64,000 nucleotides of DNA. It comes from Octopus vulgaris (taxonomy: Eukaryota). Positions 41,870 to 57,319 of this stretch are shown one piece after another. How positions within the stretch are numbered: the stretch's first letter is position 1; each line of letters starts with the position of its first letter. The translations under genes were made by a program, and so were the position numbers. The notes beneath the pieces were generated by a model. It was not told the origin of the DNA, searched no databases, and saw only the letters and a program-made list of their open reading frames with translations. Location of the stretch: assembly GCA_951406725.2 (NCBI GenBank), contig OX597814.1, positions 130,758,001-130,822,000 on the forward strand. Reading direction: 5' to 3'.

Positions 41870-42900
41870 TAGCTCGCTTTTAATAACCTTTTACTGATGG
41901 TTTGGCTTCTCTTAAGAAGTGTTGTTCTGTAACATAGCTTTTGTTATAATCGCGTCCAGCTTATTTCATACCTTGACCCATTGAACATTCATCAAGTGGG
42001 AAACATGCTCAACAGTAGTATTATGAGACGGTACGCTGAACAACAACTGGTTAAAACCTAGCAACAATGAGATTTGCTCTTTTAATTCATTTTGTTGAAG
42101 TACAGAATGTTCATGTGTAATTTCCTTTCCCACTCTTTATGATGAAATTGCATCTTTGTTCAACGAGTTTTGTTTTAAAGAATGGTTACTGACAAAAGAA
42201 AACATTGTCATCAACTTTTACTCTCTTCTTATTTAACACTACACATGGTAATTACACTTGTTACTATTTTAGAAGAGTGTTTTATAACAACAATGAATAC
42301 CCTCAAATTCTTTAATAAATTCCATAGAATACTGATGACAAATTCTTTAATAAATTCCATAAAACCGTGATGACAACTGTTTAATAATTATCCACTTCAA
42401 TTTGAAATTTCATTTTTTGTTCTAACATAATGATGTCACTTTTAGGACAAGCCTTGACAGATGAATAAACGTTTTGCTAATTCCTTTCTTTTGCATTGTT
42501 AGCGAGTTTCTTTAAACAATGAAGTGCCTCAATAAGGTTGTTTATATAATCCTGTTGATAAAACTTTATTGAAAACAGTGAGCAAGAAATAAGTAGGCTT
42601 TCCGCAACAGATTCTTAAAAAGAAAATGTCGGGATGTATTGCTGGGGAATTTTCTTCAAAATTAATGTAGGATTTCAGTGCTATTAAAGTAAAGATTCCT
42701 TCCATTGCATTGAATAAAGAAATACAACTGATTGTAGAATGTGAGACAACTTAAGAATGTTGAATTTCAGAAAAATCACAATAATCCTTCTATCTTTCAG
42801 TTTAGATAATATAAATACTGACATAAGAAAAAAAATTTCATGAGATCTCTTCAACACGGATAGAAAAAAAATACATCAGCTTCGGTTTGAGTAGGATTGT
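41870..42900 (-). pseudogene. Decayed hAT transposase fragment
   Basis: Minus strand LFSVPSHNTTVEHVSHLMNVQW..NKLD resembles the hAT dimerisation motif SIP.SNA..ER.FS.M; upstream extent uncertain. Confidence 0.55.
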
Positions 42901-43036
42901 GAAGAACATTAGTTATATTTTGTTTCAATTTTGACAATTTCCTGTGGAAACTGTGTGTATAAACGGAACGTTTTTTTCTACTTTGTGGTTACTTGCATTT
43001 CATAAATACGGGGCATTTCGCAACCGTTTACACACA

Positions 43037-43072
<36 letters not shown>

Positions 43073-43241
43073 AGAGAGATAGAAGTAGATTAAGTTTAAA
43101 CGTATAGGTTTTAAAGATATAAGTTTAAACATCTTTATATATCTTGACCAGTTTCTTCGGGGAAGTCTTTTTGGGTATTTCTACTTAGCGGAGTAAATAA
43201 AGATTTCTCAATCTGCTGAATTTATATCTATATATATATAC

Positions 43242-43431
<190 letters not shown>

Positions 43432-43898
43432 AAAACATATATATAAAAATACAAAATGGGACAAGAACGCAAAACACTCAAAGAGACGACCCGAAGAACG
43501 GGCGGGTCATTCGAAGCCTCTAATCTTCAGTCAAGAACCGGATCATCCTCGCAATTTCGGCTGATTATATATATATATATATATATATATAATACAAATT
43601 AGAGATAAAACCACTATTATGCAACTGAAACAGTGACAAACATAAACCAAAACATGAAGTACAAATAATATATATTTTTATAAAACATATAACTAGATCT
43701 CAAAAAGTATAAAAATGAATTATTAATTTATATTTTATATATTTCTATTGTGAAATTAGATTTAATACTAAATTGAATTTTTCCCTGTAAGATTGATGTT
43801 ATACTCCCTAATATTATTATTAATATTATATACATACATACATACGTATGTGTGTGTGTGTGTGCGTGCATGCGTGCGTGCGTGCGTGTGTGTGTGTT

Positions 43899-43943
<45 letters not shown>

Positions 43944-43975
43944 CTATAATATGTGACAATTATTCGGTACCCATT

Positions 43976-44025
43976 ATAAAACTCCGAGTTTCGGATGTCG
44001 GGGCGCAAACCCACTCTTCAGTTAT
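43976..44025 (-). ncRNA. Minimal hammerhead-like motif
   Basis: ataa-CUGAAGA-g..c-GAAA-ctcggag-UU-ttat; helix I 4 bp, helix II imperfect. Confidence 0.5.
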
Positions 44026-44405
44026 CGGGCCATCGAAAAAATGCTATGATAGCATTTTTTCTCTATTTACATAATATCTCTATTTTCTCTATTTACATAA
44101 TATCAAGGTCTCTTTCATTCTTTTGTTGTCTTGCTATTTCTATCAATAAATATATATATATATATATATTCATATACACTTAAAGGTTTCATTGAACAAA
44201 GCATTGATTTATATATATGCTTAGCCTTCATCAGACTCTCCGATGAAAACTAAGCAAGCCACAACTTCAAAGTCACTGTCAACACAATCCTTCGAAAAGA
44301 ATAATATGTACTTCACACATAAATAGTATTGAGTAAGTCTCCAACTTAAAAGAAAATTGTTTTAAAAATGATTTAGCATGAAAATAAACATTTATCTGTA
44401 CGTAT

Positions 44406-44491
<86 letters not shown>

Positions 44492-44521
44492 TATATACAT
44501 ATATATATACATATCTATATG

Positions 44522-44554
<33 letters not shown>

Positions 44555-44770
44555 GTATATATAATATATATATATATACATATATATATACATACATATA
44601 TACATACATACATACATATATATATATATATATGATCCAGTTTGCGCTATATGCAACAAACATATATCAAATTCTACACACTTCAAACAAAAGAGTGTTT
44701 ACAGTACTTTTGCATTTGTAATAATATACGTATATAAAATTGTATGATAGATTGCCGTCAATTCATTCCT

Positions 44771-44805
<35 letters not shown>

Positions 44806-44828
44806 CTTAGTATACAAATATATATGCA

Positions 44829-44885
<57 letters not shown>

Positions 44886-45740
44886 CGCACACAAACGCTC
44901 GCACATACACGCTCACACCCACATATAAAAATATAGTTATATAGATATAGTTATATATACACACACATATATATATATATAACTAAATATGTATGAATGT
45001 ATTTTTCTAAACGTATGCACTCACACACATACACACACACGCACATATATATATATATATATATATTTATACACGCATGTCTACTCACACGCGCGCGCGC
45101 ACACATCCAGTCAGTTGGGTACGGTAGAATTCAACGAATCAATGGATGTGCGGCGAATGAGTTCACGTTTGAGAGGTAACGCAAACGATCAAGGAGAAAG
45201 CTCGGCTCGCGCTATGTAGGTTTATGCTAAATTTCCTTCAGAAACAGTTCAGCGAAACTGAAAACTATTACCGGTTATGATGGAAGGGAACTTGTAAAGG
45301 AGTCACTGAACCAAATCACCCTTAAATCACACCTTGCCAGTTTAAATAAAGAATGATATATTAGACGATGTAGTTATTCTGGTAGAAGAAAGTGAAAAAA
45401 AAAAAAAAAAGAGAAGAATGTAAGCATACACAACATGTGATACGCTTGATTTGCTTTGCTTTGACCAAAGGACTGCTTGATCAAGGTTGATCTGGGAATA
45501 TACAACTGCAGCAACAATAGCGACGACGATGACGAAAGCCATGACGACGACAACAGCTGCAACAACAACAATAGTAACGACAGTGATGGCGGCGATAACG
45601 ATGACAAACAACGGTAAGAACTGGTTACGGTCCCTTCAGTTCATTTCTCACATTTAATTCAGGTTTTTCAATTTCTAGATTAGCTACCGTTTCTTTGATG
45701 TTTCCGTCTCCTTGCTTTGACATTTGGGGTCAGAAGAGAA

Positions 45741-45777
<37 letters not shown>

Positions 45778-45808
45778 CAGAGACAGACACACAGACACAC
45801 TGACACAA

Positions 45809-45907
<99 letters not shown>

Positions 45908-45962
45908 CACATGCGTACATACTTGTACGTATATATATATATATATGTGTGTATATACATAC

Positions 45963-46128
45963 AGGCGCAGGAGTGGCTGTGTGGTAAGTAGCTTGCTTAC
46001 CAACCACATGGTTCCGAGTTCAGTACCACTACGTGGCACCTTGGGCGAGTGGCTTCTACTATAGCCTCGGGCCGACCAAAGCCTTGCGAGTGGATTTTGG
46101 AAGATGGAAACTGAAAGAACCCCGTCGT
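45963..46128 (+). mobile_element. SINE family A, 5' half
   Basis: ggcgcaggagtggctgtgtggtaag...gaaactgaaagaaccccgtcg. Confidence 0.88.
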
Positions 46129-46193
46129 ATATATGTATATATATATGTATATTTAAATTTTATATGATGAGAGGTAGGGGGCCTACTATCTCT

Positions 46194-46245
<52 letters not shown>

Positions 46246-46432
46246 ATATATATATGTATATATATATATATATGTATATATATACAGATATATATATATA
46301 TATATATATACAGAGAGAGAGATACATATATATGTATGTATGTATATATATATGTACATCGAGAGAGAGTGAGATAGATAGATAGATACATACATACATA
46401 CATACATACAATTATACATACGTACAAAAATA

Positions 46433-46503
<71 letters not shown>

Positions 46504-46572
46504 ATGAATGTGTGCCAATATCTTTGTTTTGATTTTTGTTATCTGCGTTCAGTAACGTTACCAAATAAAGTT

Positions 46573-46644
<72 letters not shown>

Positions 46645-46861
46645 TCTCTACCAAAGGTACAAAGCATTGTCCTCGGAATGTACATGATAAAATCAAAATC
46701 ACATTTTCAACTTGAGAAATGTCTTGCACATTTATACTGTTCTGCTTACAGATTATATTTGTGCAAATTTGCTTGTTAATTTCTTTTTCTTAAAACCTTA
46801 GCTTTTCAAAATTGTCGTTTAGGCATATACTAATATGTATGTATGTATACTCTTAATCTTT

Positions 46862-47253
46862 TTTACTCTTTTTACTTGTTTCAGTCATTTGATTGCGGCC
46901 ATGCTAGAGCACCACTTTTAATTAAGCAAGTCGACCCCAGGACTTATTCTTTGTAAGCCTAGTACTTATTCTATCGGTCTCTTTTGCCGAACCACTAAGT
47001 TACCGGGACGTAAACACACCAGCAGCGGTTGTCAAGCGATGGTGGGGGGGGACGAACACAGACATACATACATATATATATACATATATACGACGAGCTT
47101 CTTTCAGTTTCCGTCTACCAAATCCACTCTCATGGCTTTGGTCGGCCCGAGGCTATAGTAGAGGACACTTGCCCAAGGTGCCACACAGTGGGACTGATCG
47201 TGGAACCATGTCGTTGGTAAGCAAGCTACTTACCACACAGCCACTCCTGCGCC
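46862..47253 (-). mobile_element. SINE family A, full length
   Basis: Complete reverse-complement match to family A. Confidence 0.9.
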
Positions 47254-48185
47254 TATGTATGCATATATATACGCATGTATGTATGTATGTATGTATGCAT
47301 GTATGTATGTATGTATGTATGTATGTATGTATGTATGTATGTATGTATGTATGTATGTATGTATGTATGTATGTATGTATGTATGTATGTATGTATGTAT
47401 CTATGTATGTATCTATGTATGTATGTATGTGTGGGTTTGTGTGCGTGTGTGTGTAAGTAGGTAGATGGTTACGTACATAGGTATACTTCTCCAACCCCTT
47501 TGTCACAGTTGTTGTCTAACAGCCGGTCAGTGCTGTCTGAAAAGAACAATTATCAAAGGCGTTCCAGCCTTGACTGTCCCATCCGTTTCACCAGACATTA
47601 CGTATCTAGAACTAACTTCTTCCTGCTCATTACTCACTCTTCAAAAGCAGTAGGGATGTTATTTGAGGGAGATTTCGCTGCTATTTTAAGCAAGTCAACA
47701 AAACAACCGTGATGTGACTCCCGATGTCATAATTTGATAATGCTGCTATGCTACATAATTATCTACCTGGCTGTTTCTGAACACCTTTACATTTTCTTAT
47801 TTTTTATAGAAGGAAGGAAGATATTGAATCATATAATAATTTTTCTTTGTCATCTCCTTTGTGTTGTGATGCCTTCTGCTCCTCCGCTCTGAACGTGTAT
47901 GTGCGTATATCGTATATATGTGTATGTATGTGTGTGCCTACATGTGTGCATATGTCTGTGTGCCGATGTATGTGTACGTTTCTATGTCTGAAGTATGTAT
48001 GTATGTATGTATGTATTTAAATATATGTATGCAAATATATGTATGTGTGTAGGTGTGTGCGCGTATGTGTATGTGCGTGTGGGCGTGTGCGTATGTGTTT
48101 GTGTATATATTATGTACTAATTTACGCACACATGCATATATGTGTACATACGCACTCACATATGCAGCCAGACATAGATGTATGT

Positions 48186-48216
<31 letters not shown>

Positions 48217-48224
48217 CGACGTGT

Positions 48225-48465
48225 TTTATATATTTGTCTGTGTACGTGAATGTATGTGTGTATGCGTTATATATTTGTCTGTGTACGTGAACGTGTGCGT
48301 GTGTGTCTGCATTATATATTTGTGTACGTGAATGTGTGTGTGTTTGCGTTATATAATTGTCTGTGCACGTGAATGTGTGTGTATGCGTCATATATTTGTC
48401 TGTGTACGTGAATGTGTGTGTGTGCATGGGTTATATATTTGTCTGTGTACGTGAATGTGTGTATG
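48225..48465. repeat. ~41 bp minisatellite, about 6 units
   Basis: Unit tatatttgtctgtgtacgtgaatgtgtgtgt... Confidence 0.75.
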
Positions 48466-50239
48466 TGTCTGTGTCCATATGTGTAGCAATAGAAGTCGTG
48501 ACATTGGCTTAGTTTGTAAGATGTGACGTGAAGAAAAATCGAACGTTTTGGGTCTGCCTCTTCGTCTGAGAAAGAAAGAAAGAGAGAGAGGAGAGAGAGA
48601 GCGAAAGTGAGAGATAGATTAATGAATAACTAGAGCGAGAGAGAGGAAGAGAGAGAGAGAGAGAGGAAGTCGAATAAAGAGAGAGAATGAGAGGGGTGGA
48701 GGGAGATCTTCTTTACCATTAGTTTTCTCTATTCCTTCTACTCACGACAGCATAGAAACTTATCCGAACTCACGAACTGCACAGTCTAGTTTTTGCCAAT
48801 ACTTACACCATTCCAAGTTTCTTCACATTTTGTTATGTTTTTGTCTACCATCGTAGTTTGTTTTGTTTCGTATTGATTTGGGTAGCATTGAAATGATAAT
48901 CATTCATCTAACCTATAGTTTTTTAATCCATTTATTCCTTCTTTTGAATTTCTCTCTCCACCCTTTACTCAGATATTCGGATATTCTTCTTTTTCTGTAT
49001 TTTTATTTTTACTTTAAACATTTCCGCCATTGTGTTTCCTCTTACGATCCTTTCCTCTTTGCATATAGAGCTTTTTCTTCATGCACAAATCTTCCATGCG
49101 ATTTTTCTTTCTTACAGACCTCTTTTATAATTAATCTACATTAAATCATTCTTAAGTATTCCTCTATGATTATTTCTTTTCTTTCTTTTCTTTCCCTGCG
49201 TATATTCTTTCGCATTTAATGATGGATTTCGTATTCTGATATAAGCTCTCCGGAGTATTTTATTTGTTAATTATTTACTTTTAAACTACAAAATGACTTA
49301 ATCTCCAGTAATTTATATTTATTTACTTTTAAACTATTACTCATCACAAAGATACCTCATCTGTTGAGGATACTTCAACTCCATCTAATATGAATAAATA
49401 ATTTTCGGATTGCTTCTTAGAAAACGATTCCACACCATTCTTTCAATAATGCGTGATTCCTAAGCTTACATTATCGTATTAATGAAATGTTTTCGTTATT
49501 GTTACGGTTGCCCGTTAACCCTACAAACTGTCAGTAACCCTGAAAACTTAAGTGTTCCAGGCGAGACCATTCCATCTTTTATTCAGATGTAATCTACTAA
49601 GGATTATACTAATCAATATGCATTTCCTTTATTATGACAGTTGGATGTGATTGGAGGTAAATTTGACTGCTATTTCTAACAAACCGTGTGGCGAATTATT
49701 CGTTGGCTTGTCTCTGTATAATGATTTTCGTTATTGATGTTCCTTTTTTGTTTTTTAATGGTGGAGAGGAAATATTTAACAACCTATACGATATATCAAT
49801 GTGTGAGAGAATGTGAGTGTGTGTGAAAAAGAGTAAGTGGTATGTATGCGCGCGCGTGTGCGTGTGTGTGTGTAAGTGTGCGTGCGTGCGTGTGTGTGTG
49901 TGTGTGTACGTGCGTGTGTGCGCGTGTGTATAATGAGGTAACAAGAAGGCGAGTTATAGCAGAATAGTCGAATGATTAAGAAGTTTAATTGACAATCACG
50001 AAGACTCGAAGTCAGTCTCAATCAGCTGCGTGACACGCCTTGGGTGACTGTTCTTATTTTAACCCTAGCATCAGGTTGACCTAAACAGTGGAACTGGAAA
50101 TCCTGGCATCCAATTCCATACCACTGGCTCCCGTACCATGATCTCAATCAATTTTAAACAGCCCCATCTATAACATCCCTTAACTCTAAAATAACTCCAT
50201 ATTAAGAATATTAAGAATTCTAATTTTTTTCTCTTACTT

Positions 50240-50495
50240 AATAATAAATGCGCCCTTTTTAAAGCCTAGCCAGGCTCATGGGCCCGGTTTCCCAGTTTCT
50301 ATGGCGTATGTGTTCCCCAGCTGGACGGGACGCCAGTCCATCGCAGCATTACTCCTTTTTGCCAGCTGAGTGGACTGGAGCAATGTGAAATGAAGTGTTT
50401 TGCTCAAGAACACAACAAGTCGCCTGGTCCAGGAATCGAAACCACAATCTTACGATCATGGTGCTGACATCCTAACCACTAAGCAATGCGCCACG
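50240..50495 (-). mobile_element. SINE family C, second copy
   Basis: Reverse complement of 37702-37958. Confidence 0.85.
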
Positions 50496-51042
50496 TCCTC
50501 AAAATTATAGGCTCCAAATCTCTGTTGGGAAGCACAACAGCCAAGAAAAGTACAGAACAGCTTCAAGAGCGTCGTTATACTGCATCACATATAAATCACT
50601 CCTTCATGCCGGAATGTGTTATATGATCTTCATTACCTAGTCATCAGTTAAATTGTGACATGGCTTATCTGGAATATTAGAGATTTATTATTCAAAATCT
50701 TTGAAGCAACTGCGTACAACAGAGCCTCATTGTGGTAGGTGGATTTCCTAGAAATAGCAGTTGGAAATAAATCTTCAAATTATACAGTGCTGTTTCAGAA
50801 ACTCTTTGTCACAATTACAGACGGTGTGCTCGTGGCATGAATGCCTTTGATGACGGTTCTGCCGATCAGATTTGATCTGAAGCTAAACAACGAAGATAAC
50901 AATAGACTGTCTGATTAGTTATAGCTTTGTTCGATGAAGAGTGGCCTGAGACTACAGAGCAGCAGTTTAGCAGCAGCAACAGTATCATCATCATCATCAT
51001 CATCATCATCATTATCACCACCACCATCATCATCACCATGAT

Positions 51043-51080
<38 letters not shown>

Positions 51081-51172
51081 CCACCATCATCATCATCATC
51101 ATTATCATCATCATCACCACCACCACCACCACCATCATCATCACCACCATCATCATCATCATCATCACTACC

Positions 51173-51206
<34 letters not shown>

Positions 51207-51237
51207 TCATCATCACCACCACATCATCATCACCACC

Positions 51238-51268
<31 letters not shown>

Positions 51269-51312
51269 CCACCACCACCATCATCATCATCATCAACATC
51301 ACCACCACCACC

Positions 51313-51346
<34 letters not shown>

Positions 51347-51874
51347 TCATCAACATCATCATCATCATAGTCAACAACAACAACAGCAACAATAATTTTA
51401 AGCGCTAGAGTCACCAATTACAGTCGGATTAATGCTTAGACGAATGAATAGATGTTATTGCAGAAGTGAATGCAATGACCAACCATACTACGCGCTTCTA
51501 ATAAATTACTTGATATCTATAATGTATACACTTCTATGAGAAACTATAAAAACGCTAAGGCATCGTCGACTAATATGAAATATAAAAATATATATATACT
51601 TTACTAATATGAAGCATTCTCCCCGACCGTCAGATCCTTCCTCACCCCTATGTTAATATGATATGTCACACTCAGTGAATTATATGAAAGTACTTCTAAG
51701 TGTCTCTTACAGGGTTTCTGTTTTGAAATTCTTAGTTGTTTTTGAAGATAAACAGTTAAAAACTTCCATTATTTCGTGTTTAAATACTTACAGGGTAAAG
51801 TTTTCCACTTGTATTGAATAGATTATGTGAGCTAAGGTTTTCAATTTGTATAATTCTTTTATATTTTATCTTTT

Positions 51875-52070
51875 TATCTTTTACTTGTTTCGTATCAATC
51901 ACTGGACTGTTGCCATGTTGGAGCACTGTCTCGAAGGGTTTAATCGAAAAAAGCGACGTCCGTACTTACTTTAAGCCTTATACTTATTCTATCGGTTTAT
52001 CTTGCGAACATAGATAATATTAGAAAAAAACAACACCGGTTGTCAAACGGTATGACAAACAAAGACACGC
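51875..52070 (-). mobile_element. SINE family A, diverged 3' part
   Basis: ttttacttgtttc...gccatgttggagcac...tacttattctatcggt. Confidence 0.65.
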
Positions 52071-52105
52071 AAACATACATACGCATACATACGTTCATAC
52101 ATACA

Positions 52106-52175
<70 letters not shown>

Positions 52176-52328
52176 AAATAACAAAATGGATAAATACATC
52201 CAAATCAAATATCAATTACCAGATAATACCCAATCACATACTTTATTAAACCACCACATAAGAGAATAAGTACAATATGTATAAGAGAATATAAATATAA
52301 GTAAATATAAATATAAATATAGACTACA

Positions 52329-52454
52329 CCTTACAGCTGTTTCGGCCATGCAGATAAGTATGTCTCATTTTACTTATATTAGCCATTTGTGGTAGGTCAA
52401 TATGTAGTTATAAATGAGACATTTACAAAAATATCCTAGGGCCTCTTTGGAGAT
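52329..52454 (-). ncRNA. Degenerate hammerhead at the PLE 3' end
   Basis: tct-ccaaaga-ggcc[long loop with atgtctcattt/aaatgagacat stem]ggcc-GAAA-cagctg-UA-agg; core G5 is mutated. Confidence 0.55.
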
Positions 52455-53661
52455 TATGTGATACAAATCAGATTACATACACACTTATATAGGTGTGGGT
52501 ACATACCCATAATAAAACATATACATATACATATGAGTGCATATACTCATATTTCTATACATATAAATATACATATACATAATAATATAAATAATATAAA
52601 TCAATAAACATGCATATGTTCCACATTCAATGTTACAGTTTTCCAACTTAATATTGTGATAATTACAATGTAGAAAAACATACACATATTAATACCTAAA
52701 TGCAGATATACAGAGTCAAGAGTACATTATATTAATTCTTATTAATTTCCAAAATGTCATTAATGCTAGCATCATTATCGTTGTCATTACCACTAATGCT
52801 ACCAATATCATCATTCGTATTATTATTAATAACGCTAATACTAGAAAAACAATATATAGATTCCATTATTAGCACTATAGTCACAATAGTACTACAATAC
52901 CATGCAAAACGTTAAATATCTGCATATACATACGAAATATGAAACAAAAGCATTCTATTTACACGACATTAAAATCCACAGGTGCACAGACGTACGTCCG
53001 AGTTCAAATTTATAATTTCCATTGTGACACAAATACAGTATTACTTTCAGAAATAGTTACGAATCTAGCGCTAAAATATGATTGGCTTGTGGATTTAAAT
53101 TTAAATTACCATTGTCTTTTTTACGGTTGGTTTCTTGAGAGCGTTACATTTCTACTAAACCAGCTTAGGTATGGGAAACCTATACCAACATTTATACACA
53201 CACACACACACACATACACACTCACATCCGCACATATACATAAACATATACACTCTCATGCACTGTGTCCGCAAACATTCGCATATACATATATACACAT
53301 TTAAATATGCATTTGCGTACTCATACGTATAAGAAAAACATATACATATATATCCAACCATGAATATACATATCTATACCAAAACATACATACACATATA
53401 TATACATATGGACACATTTCGACATATCCACATATATTTACTAAATTACAAAATATATGTCTATCATCAAATGGCGTATAAATAAACCAGCACAGGCAAG
53501 GGAAAGCTATAGCAACGTTTATACACTAACACACATACTCACACGCACATCCGCACATATCTATAAACATTTATACACTCTCATACCCTGTGTCTGCAAA
53601 CATTCGCATATACATATATACATATTTAAATATATATCTGCGCACTCTCACGTATAAGAAA

Positions 53662-53704
<43 letters not shown>

Positions 53705-54160
53705 ACCCATATACATACAAAAACATACATACACATACATATACATATGAACACATTTCGACCTATAAACATTAATATACTCTCATGTACTGTGTCTGCA
53801 AACATTCGGATATACATATATACATATTTAAATACGTACTTGCGTACTCATATGTATAAGAAAAACATATACATATATATCCATCTATGAATATACATAT
53901 ACATTCAAAAACATACATACACATACATATACATATGAACACATTTCGACATATCCACCTATATTTACTAAATTACAAAATATATGTCTGCCCATCAAAA
54001 GGCGTATAAATACATACATAATAAATAAACAGAAATTACTATCAATTAAGATATAGGTAAATTAATTATAAATTAATAAGTGCCAAAAAAAAGGAGAATG
54101 AATGAATAAATAAATAAATGAATAAAAATACAATAAAAATATATAAATAAATAAATAAAT

Positions 54161-54207
<47 letters not shown>

Positions 54208-54623
54208 TGATAAATAGATAAATAAAATAAAATACAAATTAAGAAGAGTACAAGGATAAACTTAATATATGAGGCTGCCAAACAAATACACGCAAAAAAA
54301 CTTATATGCTCATCGAAATAAACAACGTATACTAATTATAGATTCACATTTGTTACATATTGGTATAACAAAAACCCAAACCAGTGCCCTAAGATATGAT
54401 GCGCATATACACCCTACACCCATGGAAGACTCTGTGAAGATCAGAATATCATGCATATATCAGAATAACTATATATTTCAGTATATTTTTCAAGCCTGGA
54501 CAAAAACAATCAATATAGAACACATATATGGAGATACAAAATTATAAATTATAAATTATAAGGACCAATAGTACAGTCATATATAGAGGAATGTTAAAAG
54601 ATTACTGGTAGGAAAATTAGGTG

Positions 54624-55351
54624 TTATTTAAATCTAGAGAAAGTATACGCTAATTTGTGAAGGCAAAAAATATTTCTCTCGTTAATGTTATTAATAATGG
54701 GTAGGCCAGCCTTGATGATGAAGAAAATTTCATTGATACATAAAGAGCATTTTTTATTTCTACTATTGTATACAGGTGCAGAAGTTAGTATTTCCCAATT
54801 TAATTTAAAATCTATGTTCTTACTCTTGAGTTCCCAGATATACGTACTTAACCCCGTAGAATTCATCCTATTTTTATTTTTAAAAGTATATCTATGATAG
54901 TTTAGCCGTTGTTTTATACTATTTTTAGTCGCACCAATGTACACCCTACTATTATATTGTGTATTTACATTGCATTGATAAAATACCTCTTTCCTCAGGT
55001 ATTCATTACCAAACACACATTGATTCCTGCTTCTGCAATTGCAGCTATTAACAGATTGAGGAGATTTAACCTTGGCAGAAATCCCCGTATCCCTATTCCT
55101 ATTGATAGTATTGCACCTATTTTCACTACCACCCAGGTTTATCTTTCTATCATTATAGAAGCAATCTAATTTCCTGTTATTAAAGGAGGAAATGATGGTG
55201 GCTAGATTATTCTTAATGCTATATCCTATTCTAATGGTTCTATTGTTAATTATTTGGCTAAATTTGTTCTTGCCCTTATCAAAGTGCCTATATATTACGT
55301 TATGTATTGTTCTGATTATATCTGTTTTAATCTGCATTGCATATGATATTA
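54624..55351 (-). pseudogene. Second copy of the GIY-YIG coding end, in frame up to the gap
   Basis: Near-identical to 57320-58050 and retains CSLCINE; the provided 54624-55583 ORF runs through Ns and is artificial. Confidence 0.85.
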
Positions 55352-55451
55352 NNNNNNNNNNNNNNNNNNNNNNNNNNNNNNNNNNNNNNNNNNNNNNNNN
55401 NNNNNNNNNNNNNNNNNNNNNNNNNNNNNNNNNNNNNNNNNNNNNNNNNNN
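55352..55451. other. 100-N scaffold gap
   Basis: Run of N. Confidence 1.
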
Positions 55452-56356
55452 AATGTCATTAATGCTAGCATCATTATCGTTGTCATTACCACTAATGCTA
55501 CCAATATCATCATTCGTATTATTATTAATAACGCTAATACTAGAAAAACAATATATAGATTCCATTATTAGCACTATAGTCACAATAGTACTACAATACC
55601 ATGCAAAACGTTAAATATCTGCATATACATACGAAATATGAAACAAAAGCATTCTGTTTACACGGCATTAAGATCCACAGGTGCACAGATGTACGTCCGA
55701 GTTCAAATTTATAATTTCCATTTTGACACAAATACACTATTACTTTCAGAAATAGTTATGAATCTAGCGCTAAAATATGATTGGCTTGTGGATTTAAATT
55801 TAAATTACCATTACCTTATTTACGGTTGGTTTGTTGAGAGCGTTACATTTCTACTAAACCAGCTTAGGTATGGGAGGCCTATACCAACATTTATATACAC
55901 ACACACACATACACACTCACATCCGCACATATGCATAAACATATACACTCTCATGCACTGTGTCCGCAAACATTCGCATATACATATATACACATTTAAA
56001 TATGCATTTGCGTACTCATACGTATAAGAAAAACATATACATATATATCCAACCATGAATATACATATCTATACCAAAACATACATACACATATATATAC
56101 ATATGGACACATTTCGACATATCCACATATATTTACTAAATTACAAAATATATGTCTATCATCAAATGGCGTATAAATAAACCAGCACAGGCAAGGGAAA
56201 GCTATAGCAACGTTTATACACTAACACACATACTCACACGCACATCCGCACATATCTATAAACATTTATACACTCTCATACCCTGTGTCTGCAAACATTC
56301 GCATATACATATATACATATTTAAATATATATCTGCGCACTCTCACGTATAAGAAA

Positions 56357-56399
<43 letters not shown>

Positions 56400-57319
56400 A
56401 CCCATATACATACAAAAACATACATACACATACATATACATATGAACACATTTCGACCTATAAACATTAATACACTCTCATGTACTGTGTCTGCAAACAT
56501 TCGGATATACATATATACATATTTAAATACGTACTTGCGTACTCATATGTATAAGAAAACCATATACATATATATCCATCTATGAATATACATATACATA
56601 CAAAATCATACATACACATACATATACATATGAACACATTTCGACATATCCACCTATATTTACTAAATTACAAAATATATGTCTGCCCATCAAAGGACGT
56701 ATAAATACATACACAATAAGTAAACATAAATTACTATTAATTAAGATATAAGTAAATTAATTATAAATTAAATTAATTATAAATTAATAAGTGCCAAAAA
56801 AAGGAGAATGAATGAATAAATAAATAAATGAATAAAAATACAATAAAAATATATAAATAAATAAATAAATAGAAATATATATATACATATCTATGTATAG
56901 ATAAATAAATCTATGTATAGATAAATAAAATAAAATACAAATTAAGATGAGTACAAGGATAAACTTAATATATGAGGCTGCCAAACAAATACACGCAAAA
57001 AAACTTATATGCTCATCGAAATAAACAACGTATACTAATTATAGACTCACATTTGATACATATTGGTATAACAAAAACCCAAACCAGTGCCCTAAGATAT
57101 GATGCGCATATACACCCTACACCCATGGAAGACTCTGTGAAGATCGGAATATCTTGCATATATCAGAATAACTATATATTTCAGTATATTTTTCAAGCCG
57201 GGACAAAAGCAATCAATATAGAACACATATATGGAGATACAAAATTATAAATTATAAGGACCAATAGTACAGTCATATATAGAGGAATGTTAAAAGATTA
57301 CTGGTAGGAAAATTAGTTG

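Noticed and set aside
44180-44256. Head-to-head ctgatga/ccgatga mini-hairpin
   Set aside because: It may be a pLTR inversion relic, but there is no complete helix III or cleavage triplet
54624-55583. 319 aa ORF
   Set aside because: It reads through the N gap, joining 3' UTR sequence to the GIY-YIG region
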